From Cyanophora paradoxa CCMP329 (lineage: Eukaryota; Plantae; Glaucophyta), in contig QPMI01000535.1 of the NCBI GenBank assembly GCA_004431415.1, forward strand, positions 186,001 through 250,000: DNA of 64,000 nt. The letters are read 5' to 3'. Position 1 is the first letter of the stretch, and the number at the start of each line of letters is the position of its first letter. The notes beneath the pieces are model-generated. The model did not search any database and was not told where the DNA came from. It saw nothing but the letters and a program-made list of their open reading frames with translations. Positions 12,961-23,718 of the stretch are shown here, in pieces. A program made the translations under genes and the position numbers.

Positions 12961-15797
12961 TTACTCGGAGTCGTGGAGCCCGACCAGCGCCATCGCTGCG
13001 GGCCGGGGCGGTGAGCGCTAGCGGCGCCGGTGGATGCCTTTCCGAGCGGGGCGGGGCGGGGCGGGGCGGGGGGCGCGGGGGCGCACAGGCGAGCTGCATG
13101 AGCTCCTCGTGCTCGCGGATGACCTCCATCAGCCCCTCCATCGACTGCAGGTACGCGAACAGCGTGTCCCTGCCCCGCCCCGCCCGCCCCTCAGCCCCGC
13201 CCCTCAGCCCGCCCCCGCCCCGCCCCCGCCCCCGCCCCGGCGCACCGAGGCCACAGGGTCTCCTTCTTGTACGCGGCGACCGTCGCGATCACGTCCGCGA
13301 TGTCGTCCTGCTCCCGCGCCCACCGCTCGTGCGTGAACGCGTCGATGCCCTCCGCCGCCCCCCGCCCCGCGTTCAGCCTGCGCGCGAGACTTGAGCACGG
13401 GAGCCTCGGAGCTCGGTCTAGGCCCCGCTTCGCGTTGGAGCCCACTTGGAGAGCATCGCCTCGGCGGGGTCCACGCTCCCCTCCTCGTCCGACCCGCCCG
13501 CGCCCGCCCCGGCGCCGTCGTCCGAGCCGGCAGCCGGCGCCGGAATCTCCTCGTCCCTCTTCTCCTCCTCGTCCGCGTTCGAGAAGCTGCGTGGGCGTCA
13601 ACCAACTGGACTGGGCGCTCGGGGGCGGGGGCCCGGGGCCGGGGGCGGACCGGATGCTGCTGACGCCCTTCTTGGCGGGGACCGGAGAGGAGGGGCGGGG
13701 CGGGTCGTCCTCAGCCGACCCGAAGCGCGCCGACTTCTTCTTCTTGCCCTCCTCGCCAACGCTCGCGAAGCTCGCCTTGCTCGCCCGCCCGTCCGGCACC
13801 GGCGACTCCCGGTTCGACTCTGGTGGCGACGGCTCCGGGCTCTTTTCCCCCTCGGGACTCTTGCCGGCCGGACCGAAGCGCGCCGACTTCCTGGCCCCGG
13901 CGGCGGGCGGCGACGGCTGCTCCGTCGCTCCTCCCATGGGCGCGGGCGTCCCGTCCTCCTCGCGCCGCGTCGGCGGGTTCGACTCCACGCCCGTTGGCGT
14001 GCCCGATGTCGACGCCCCCGCAGCCGCCGTCTTCTTCAGCCCGCCCCGCTTCCGCGCCCCCAGCGCCGGGTCGGAGCTGACAGCCACCGTTGTCGCCCCA
14101 AACTGAACGCTGCCGCGCCGGTTCGGGCGGAAGCTCTCCGCGTCCGGCCCCAGCGATCGCAGCGCGCCGCTCGCCGGCCCGCTCCCCGCCCCGACGCTCA
14201 GCGCCCCGCTGCCCGGCTGGGCGGTGGCCGCCTTGACTCCATCCCCCCCCTCCCGCTCCGCCGCGACCGCCCGGTCCGTCATCGGCGGCGGCGGGCCGGG
14301 CTCCTGGTTCCGAACCCACGCTGCCTGCCTGTGTCAGCGCTGGCGAGCGGGGAGGGGCGAGCGAGCGGGGAGGGGCGAGAGCGTGGTTGTTGCCGCACCG
14401 GCGAGCTTCGCGCGGGGATCCTCGACCTCGTCGGCCGCCGCGAAGCCGACCCCCTTCTTCGACTTCGGTCTCTGCTTCTTCCCGCCCTGCGCACGCCCGC
14501 CGCAGCGCCGGTCAGCCCCGGGCGCGGCCACGAGAACGGCGGGGCCGCTCGCCTCGTCGGAGACGCTGGCCGGCGCGTCGTCGTCGGCCTGCCGCTGGCT
14601 CCCCGCCTGGCTGCCGACCTGGCTCCCCGCCTGGCTCCCGGCGTCCCCGCCCTTGTTCAGCGCCTCGAGCAGGTTCGCCGAGAGCGCCGGGCCAGCGGCG
14701 TCGCCTGCTTGTTCTGCGCGCTCTCGGTTCTTGAAGCGCTGGTTGAGCTTCTTCAGCATCCGCTCGAGCTTGCGCTTCTTCGCCTCGTCCTTCGCCTGCT
14801 TCGCCAGCTCCGCGCTGATCGCCCGGAAGTTCCGCACTGCGCTCCCGTCGGCGATCGCTCGCGGGCGCAGCCGAGCGGGGGCGGCGCGGACCCATGACAC
14901 CGATGAAGATGTTGCGGAAGATAAACGCCCCGATCCACACCCATGTCACGAAGTAGAAGATCGTGATTGGGCCGATGGTGTACTTGGTTATCTCCATGCA
15001 CATCCTGCTTGCGTTTTCAGAGGCCGATTGACATCCGGCTATAGCTAGCGCTGGGCAATCAGAACACGCACTTGTACCACTGGTCGAGGGTCAAAAGCTG
15101 GAACAGCGTCAGCATTGCCGTGCCAAAGTTCCTGTGAAATGTACCATTAAAAATGAATGCTCGCTGCATTGGTTCACATACGATTGACGCACGAAAATTT
15201 GTGCCGGAAAAGGAGTCCAGGAAGGGCTGATTCCGAATAGGACGAGAAGGACGCCACGCCGAAGACCTGCGGGGGAACCGCGGCGTTGGAGGGGTATGGG
15301 CGCGGACGGCAGAGGCGGAGGGGTACCGCGTAGAGGTAGAAGAGCAGCATCATCAGCAGCGCGATGTACCCGAATTGCTGAGGGGTACGTCAGCGAAGCG
15401 AGGGGTACACTCGGGTCGCGGCAGAGAGTCGCGTACCCCGAAGGCGTCGAGGACCGTTCTGACGATGATCTTTAGGTTCCGGAACCGCGTGACGACCTTG
15501 AACGTTCGGAAGACTCGGAAGGTCCGGATCTGCGCGGCCGTCAGCCATCCACGCCTTCGAAGATGGGGCGGGCGTGCGAGCCTGCCGCGCGACGATGGTG
15601 ATGACGTTCTTGTCGCCGGCGCGCGCTGTCGGGCGAGTGGTCAATCGCAACGGGCGCGCAACGCCGGCGGGGCGCGCAACGCCTGCGGGGCGCGCGCGCG
15701 GGGCGCACTGGGGCCCGAGGCGGCGACGATGATCTCCGGTATGATGGAGAGGAAAGTCACGAGGAAGTCCTGCGGCCGCCGTAAGGCGCGCGGCGCA

Positions 15798-15829
<32 letters not shown>

Positions 15830-16590
15830 GCGCGCACGAAGATGTTCCAGCCGCTCTGCCAGAACTTCTCGAAGTTGTCGGCCCACTGCGAGGGGCGAGG
15901 GAGCGTTGGCGCGGCGACGCGCGGCGGGCGGAAGGGGCGGGGGGGCGGGCCTTGAGGAAGATCTCAATGGCGAAGAGGATGAGAATCATGTAATCCATGA
16001 TGCTTAGCACACGAACCGTCATGTAATCCTCGTCCTGCGGCGTGTAAAAGAGGCATACGTTGCGATGATGCATCTAGCTATAGATTCAGGTTCGCACTTT
16101 TAGATCAACTTGGATCCCCATCGTCAGGCAGTTGATCAGAATTGCAATGCTGCGGATTCGAAACGCCGCCTTAATGTTGATTAGACGGCCATGGGACGCA
16201 ATGGCGCACTTGACTACACGCGAGAAGATCGTCGAATCCACAACCATCCCCGCCCAGACCCCAACGGGGAGCTGTGGCCGTATATATGTCATGTGAGCAG
16301 AGGGTGCGACGCGAAACACACGTCGCGGAAATTGCAGACACGAAAAAGAGCACCGTGTTGATGTTGCGCACGCGGATGAGGCGCCGGTCTATCTTCTGAT
16401 CCTGCGGCACCAGGCGCGTGGGTGCGGTGGCTCGCGGGCAGGTGGCGGCGCCGGCCGGCGGCGGGACGGACCTTGTCTGCAGCCGAGCGCTTGAAGATCT
16501 TGAAGCGGACGAGCTGCGTCGGCTTCTCGAACAGCACCTTCGTCATCAGCTTCTCGTCTGCCGCGCGCGTCGACAGCGGCGGCGCGGCGC

Positions 16591-16624
<34 letters not shown>

Positions 16625-17564
16625 ACCGCGGACGACCTCCGTGGAGGAGTACTGGGGCGCGTTCTCGCTGTTCTCCTCCAGGATCTCGTCCTTCAGGCGG
16701 AACTCCTCAATGATCTTCTCCCTGCGCCGCCGCCGTCGACGTCAGCGGCCGTGCTCCAGCGCGGGCGCCCACGGGGACGTGGCACGTAGCTGCGTACCGG
16801 AAGACAGCGGCGCGGCTCGAGAGGTCGCGGAAGACCTCCTGCCTGAGCACGTCGCCCTTGGCGGACGGCTCCGGCTTCGGCGTGTGCGCGTAGACTGTGG
16901 GCGGCGGCGCAGCCCCGAAGATGGACGCGATGTCCACTGCATGCGGATCGGCAGATGCCCCTGGGGTTACGGGACAACGGGAAGCGCACCTCCGACACTG
17001 GACTCCGAGTTCATTACGGCCAGCACGGGGGCGACGCGGCCGGTGCTCTCCTTGTGCTTAGCAAGGACTGTATCCTATCGTAGCGCGTTAGCTAGCGCTT
17101 GAGAAGGGAAGCCGGCGCCAATCGAAGCCCAGGGCGCGGTGCCACGGTGCGCAGGGAGGGGGCTGCACCGAGAAGGTCGGAAGCGGCGGTCCGAGCGCGT
17201 GCATGCGGTCCAAAGCGACCCCCGCAGGCCGCGGCACCGCGCCTCCAGCCGACGAACCGGGCACCCTTGCCGTCCCCTGTCCATGGTCGTCATCGCCTTT
17301 CGCGCGCGAGAACAAGCCATGCAGCTTCTTGGACGCTTGGGCGAAGAACCCGTCGTCAGTGCGCGACGGCCGGCGCCCCGGCGAGGTTGCCGACAGGCCG
17401 GCAGTGGAAGGACGCCTCGTCTCGACCTCATCGCCCCGCGCGCTGAGCTGACGGCTGCTGGGGCGAACGACCTGCAACGGTGCAACCAGAGGCGTTCTGC
17501 TGGCCGGCTGTGCGTCGCGGCGCCGCCGGGACGAGACGAGCGAAGCGCCGCGCGAGCTTGGCAT
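12961..17564 (-). CDS. CATSPER2: CATSPER2-like channel alpha subunit, copy 3
   Basis: ATG at 17564 (MPSSRGAS...), all TM exons present, pore FQLLTLDQWYK, S6 FYFVTWVWIGAFIFRNIFIGVM, stop TAA at 12961-12963. Confidence 0.87.
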
Positions 17565-18089
17565 CGAGCTGAGGCGCTCAGCTAACCGGCGCCTATGACG
17601 TGCTATGCCATAGATGCTGCGGATGCGGTGCTTTAGCGGATCCTCTAGATCTCGGGCGCGACTTCGCCGCGCGTCGCGCAGGCCCGCCGCGGCCGCGCAG
17701 CCGGTGCTTGACGGGGGTGTCAAACGCGCCCGCCTCAGCGGCAGGCCAGCTAACGCTGCAACCTTGGCAAAGCTTAGATAGGCGACTTTGGATGGTGCTC
17801 AGCCGGGTCGGCAGATGGCGCCGGCTGACGGCAGCTACGCAAAGTTGACGTACCCCGGCCGACGACCTTTCAATTATCGGTGAAATTTCATAATCATAGT
17901 AAAATTAATTGCTGCAGTCAAAAGATTGAATTACGGCCCGGCGCGGTACCCGGGCGGGTGGCGCCGGTGCGGGGAGCCAGGGCCCTGGGGGTACGCAGAA
18001 TACGACAGCAAGCTAGCGCTTCGAATTCGCCGCAGGAAGTTCGCTCGCCGCCGCAGCGCCGCCGGCCGCGGGCCGCCGGCACGTCGACG

Positions 18090-21000
18090 TCACTCGGAGT
18101 CGTGGAGCCCGACAAGCGCCATCGCTGCGGGGCGGGGCGCCGGCGGTACAGGTGAGCAGCGCCGGCGCGGGTCGATGGCTTCCCGAGCGGGGCGGGGCGG
18201 TGCGGGGGGCGCACAGGCGAGCTGCATGAGCTCCTCGTGCTCGCGGATGACCTCCATCAGCCCCTCCATCGACTGCAGGTACGCGAACAGCGTGTCCCTG
18301 CCCCCGCCCCGCCCCGCCCCCTCAGCCCGCCCCCTCAGCCCCGCCCCCCGCCCCCGCCCCCGCCCCCGCCCCGGCGCACCGAGGCCACAGGGTCTCCTTC
18401 TTGTACGCGGCGACCGTCGCGATCACGTCCGCGATGTCGTCCTGCTCCCGCGCCCACCGCTCGTGCGTGAACACGTCGATGCCCTCCGCCGCCCCCCGCC
18501 CCGCGTTCAGCCTGCGCGCGAGACTTGAGCACGGGAGCCTCGGAGCTCGGTCTAGGCCCCGCTTCGCGTTGGAGCCCACTTGGAGAGCATCGCCTCGGCG
18601 GGGTCCACGCTCCCCTCCTCGTCTGACCCGCCCGCGCCCGCCCCGGCGCCGTCGTCCGAGCCGGCAGCCGGCGCCGGAATCTCCTCGTCCCTCTTCTCCT
18701 CCTCGTCCGCGTTCGAGAAGCTGCCGAAGCGTGAGCCGCGGCGAGGCGCCGGCGCCGGGCGTTTGGGGCGGGGGCCGGGGGCGGACCGGATGCTGCTGAC
18801 GCCCTTCTTGGCGGGGACGGGGGAACCGGCGTCGGCGCGGGGCGGGTCGTCCTCGGCGGGCCCGAAGCGCGCCGACTTCTTCTTCTTGCCCTCCTCGCCG
18901 GCGCTCGCGAAGCTCGCCTTGCTCGCCCGCCCGTCCGCCACCGGCGACTCCCGTCCGGTACCGGCGACCTTCTTGGCGGGGACCGGGGATCCGGAGCTCG
19001 AGCCGGCTTCGAATTCTGCGCGGGGCGGGTCGTCCTCGACCGGCTTAAAGCGCGCCGACTTCCTGGCCCAGGCGGCGGGCGGCGACGGCTGCTCCGTCGC
19101 TCCTCCCATGGGCGTCCCGTCCTCCTCGCGCCGCGTCGGCGGGTTCGACTCCACGCCCGTCGGCGTGCCCGATGTCGACGCCCCCGCAGCCGCCGTCTTC
19201 TTCAGCCCGCCCCGCTTCCGCGTCCCCAGCGCCGGGTCGGAGCTGACAGCCACCGTTGTCGTCCCGAACTGAACGCTGCCGCGCCGGTTCGGGCGGAAGC
19301 TCTCCGCGTCCGGCCCCAACGACTGCAGCGCGCCGCTTGCCGGCCCGCTCCCCGCCCCGACGCTCAGCGCCCCGCTGCCCGGCTGGGCGATGGCCGCCTT
19401 GGCCCCCTCCAGCCCCTCCCGCTCCGCCGCGACCGCCCGGTCCGTCATCGGCGGCGGCGGGCCGGGTTCCTGGTTCCGAACCCACGCTGCCTGCCTGTGT
19501 CAGCGCTGGCGAGCGGGGAGGGGCGAGCGAGCGGGGAGGGGCGAGAGCGTGGTTGTTGCCGCACCGGCGAGCTTCGCGCGGGGATCCTCGACCTCGTCGG
19601 CCGCCGCGAAGCCGACCCCCTTCTTCGACTTCGGTCTCTGCTTCTTCCCGCCCTGCGCACGCCCGCCGCAGCGCCGGTCAGCCCCGGGCGCGGCCACGAG
19701 AACGGCGGGCGGCTGGCCTCGTCGGAGACGCTGGCCGGCGCGTCGTCGTCGGCCTGCCGCTGGCTCCCCGCCTGGCTGCCGACCTGGCTCCCCGCCTGGC
19801 TCCCGGCGTCCCCACCCTTGTTCAGCGCCTCGAGCAGGTTCGCCGAGAGCGCCGGGCCAGCGGCGTCGCCTGCTTGTTCTGCGCGCTCTCGGTTCTTGAA
19901 GCGCTGGTTGAGCTTCTTCAGCATCCGCTCGAGCTTGCGCTTCTTCGCCTCGTCCTTCGCCTGCTTCGCCAGCTCCGCGCTGATCGCCCGGAAGTTCCGC
20001 ACTGCGCTCCCGTCGGCGATCGATATCGCGCGCCGTTTCAGCCGGGCGGGACCGAAACGTACTCATGACACCGATGAAGATGTTGCGGAAGATAAACGCC
20101 CCGATCCACACCCATGTCACGAAGTAGAAGATCGTGATTGGGCCGATGGTGTACTTGGTTATCTCCATGCACATCCTGCTTGCGTTTTCAGGGGCCGATT
20201 GACATCCGGCTATATATAGCTAGCGCTGGGCAATCAGAACACGCACTTGTACCACTGGTCGAGGGTCAAAAGCTGGAACAGTGTCAGCATTGCCGTGCCA
20301 AAGTTCCTGTGAAATGTACCATTAAAAATGAATGCTCGCTGCATTGGTTCACATACGATTGACGCACGAAAATTTGTGCCGGTAAAGGAGTCCAGGCAGG
20401 GCTGATTCCGAGTACGATTCGAACGACGCGACTCCAAAGACCTGAGCGGGTGCACATGTGCATGTACACATGGCGTCATCAATATCACAGAGGTCATGCG
20501 TAAGCGAGGTGTATACGTAGGCGTCGCGGCATACCGCATAAAGATAGAACAGCAGCATCATGAGGAGACAGATGTACCCAAATTGCTGCGAAAGCACACC
20601 TCTGAGATCTAGAATACCACCACAGAATTCGAAGCACGCGTATATGTCGACGTCGTGCTAGAGTTAAACGTATGTATGTACATACGCTGAATGCGTCAAA
20701 TACGGTCCGGATGATGAGGCGAAGGTTCCGAAACCGAGTGACGACTTTAAATGCACGGAACACGCGAAATGTTCGAATCTGAGCGAATGCCACGTAGATC
20801 ATCTCGTTGTGCAACTTGCTGGTGGAAATACAAATGGATTGTGGACAAACCTGCCGTGCGACAATGGTGATGATACTCTGATCCCCGGCACGTTCTTTGG
20901 GTGGTTGAATCTATATATCAGCGCGCGCAACGTCGGCGGGGGCCGCGGGGCGCACTGGGGCCCGAGGCGGCGACGATGATCTCCGGTATGATGGAGAGGA

Positions 21001-22865
21001 ACGTCACGAGGAAGTCCTGCGGCCGCCGTAAGGCGCGCGGCGCAGCGGCGGCGGCGGCGGCGGCGGCGGCGAGGCGCGCACGAAGATGTTCCAGCCGCTC
21101 TGCCAGAATCTCTCGAAGCTATCGAGCCACTGCGAGGACGGGCGTTGGTGCGAAGCGGCGCGTGCACGGGCGGAAGGCCTAGGGGCGGGGTGGCGGGCCT
21201 TGAGGAAGATTTCGATGGCGAACAGGATGAGGATCATATAATCCATGATGCTCAGCACACGGGCCGTCATGTAATCCTCGTCCTGCGAATTCGAATGGTG
21301 ACGGTTGCAGTGAATATCACTTCGAATACGTCCATTGCCGAATTCAAGTTCGCACTTTAAGCTCGGTCTGGATCCCCATCGTCAGGCAGTTGATCAGAAT
21401 TGCAATGCTGCGGATTCGAAACGCCGCCTTAATGTTGATAAGACGGCCATGGGACGCAATAGCGCACTTGACTACACGCGAGAAGATCGTCGAATCCACA
21501 ACCATCCCCGCCCAGACCCCAACGGGGAGCTGTGGCCGTAGGTCATGTGAGCAGAAAGTGGAATGCGAAACACACGTCGCGCAAATTGCAGACACGAGAA
21601 CGCGCACCGTGTTGATGTTGCGCACGCGGATGAGGCGCCGGTCTATCTTCTGGTCCTGCGGCACCAGGCGCGTGGGTGCGGTGGCTCGCGGGCAGGTGGC
21701 GGCGCCGGCCGGCGGCGGGACGGACCTTGTCTGCAGCCGAGCGCTTGAAGATCTTGAAGCGGACGAGCTGCGTCGGCTTCTCGAACAGCACCTTCGTCAT
21801 CAGCTTCTCGTCTGCCGCGCGCGTCGACAGCGGCGGCGCGGCGGCGCGCGGCGCGCGGCGGCGGCGGCGGCGGCGGACCGCGGACGACCTCCGTGGAGGA
21901 GTACTGGGGCGCGTTCTCGCTGTTCTCCTCCAGGATCTCGTCCTTCAGGCGGAACTCCTCAATGATCTTCTCCCTGTGCCGGCGCCGTCATGATCAGCGG
22001 CCGTCAGCGGCGCAGGCGGGGCCTATGGTTGCGGACCGGAAGACAGCGGCGCGGCTCGAGAGGTCGCGGAAGACCTCCTGCCTGAGCACGTCGCCCTTGG
22101 CGGACGGCGCCGGCTCCGGCGGGTGCGCGTAGACGGTGGGCGGCGGCGCTGCCCCGAAGATGGACGCAAGGTCCACTGCAAAATTCGGTGGCATCGGAGT
22201 CAGATGAGTCACGCAGCGTGGCACGGGGCGGCGGGAAGCGCACGTCCGCTCGCGAGGGACGGCGCGAAGGAAGAACCGGCCTCCGAATTCACGAGCGCCA
22301 GCATCGGAGCTACACGCCCCGCGCTCTCCCTGTGCTTGGCGAGCACAGCCTCCTGCCGAGGCCCGGCGGCGCGCGCGTTAGCTTGCGCTCGAGTAAGGGG
22401 ATCCGGAGCCGGCGCCAATCGAAGCCCAGGGCGCGGTGCGCAGGGATTTGGAGGGGGCTGCACCGAGAAGGTCGGAAGCGGCAGCCCGAGCGCGTGCATG
22501 CGGTCCAAAGCGACCCCCGCAGGCCGCGGCACCGCGCCTCCAGCCGACGAACCGGGCACCCTTGCCGTCCCCTGTCCATGGTCGTCATCGCCTTTCGCGC
22601 GCGAGAACAAGCCATGCAGCTTCTTGGACGCTTGGGCGAAGAACCCGTCGTCAGTGCGCGACGGCCGGCGCCCCGGCGAGGTTGCCGACAGGCCGGCAGT
22701 GGAAGGACGCCTCGTCTCGACCTCATCGCCCCGCGCGCTGAGCTGACGGCTGCTGGGGCGAACGACCTGCAACGTTAACGGTGCAACCAGAGGCGTTCTG
22801 CTGGCCGGCTGTGCGTCGCGGCGCCGCCGGGACGAGACGAGCGAAGCGCCGCGCGAGCTTGGCAT
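18090..22865 (-). CDS. CATSPER2: CATSPER2-like channel alpha subunit, copy 4
   Basis: ATG at 22865, S4 QIRTFRVFRAFKVVTRFRNLRLIIR, S5 FGYICLLMMLLFYLYA, pore FQLLTLDQWYK, WPRDTLF C-terminus, stop at 18090. Confidence 0.87.
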
Positions 22866-23718
22866 CGAGCTGAGGCGCTCAGCTAACCGGCGCCTATGAC
22901 GTGCTATGCCATAGATGCTGCGGATGCGGTGCTTTATAATTAGCGGATCCTCTAGATCTCGGGCGCGACTTCGCCGCGCGTCGCGCAGGCCCGCCGCGCA
23001 GCCGATGCTTGACGGCGCGGCCGCGGGGGTGTGAAACGCGCCGGCCTCAGCGGCAGGCCAGACGCTGCTCAGTGCTGCAGGCACGTGCTGAGCTGCTCAG
23101 CGACAGAACGCACTGATCAATGATCATGCTTGCTCGACGGCGCGGCAGCAGCGGAGCGGTCGGCGGCGCATCTGCAAAGAACTGCGTACCCAACAATAAT
23201 GTATGCGATTAAAAAATGCAATGAAATTTCAATAATCCCTCGGACGCACAGCTACGATAACCGGCACCGTGGCGCTACCGGTACTGCCCTTTCGGCAGGC
23301 GTCGGCGCACCAGTTCTGCGGTACTGCCACGTGCACGGTGCACCTAGCCTGTGACCTATAGGTAACTGGGGGCTAGGCTGGCCCCCCGGGCCCGCATCGC
23401 CGAGTCGCGGCGCTCCGATTGACTCAGTGAAATCTGGATCCCCTATGGCTAGGCCTGCGAACTACGGGAATGGCGGCAGTCGCGCCGCGGCGGCAGGCCC
23501 TGAGGAGTCCCGCCGCAGGGCGTGGCCTGCACCTGGCGCGGCTCGCCCGCGCGGCAGGCCAAAGTCCCCAGGCCCCGAGGCCTGGGCCCCTGACCCCCTG
23601 GGCCCGGGCCCGGGCCTGCCAGCTGCATGCACTCATTGCACTGCGGCCCGGCCGTGGGCGGCTCAGGGCAGGGCCAGGCGCCTATCCGATGATCTAGCAG
23701 TACTGGCCGGCGGCGGAA

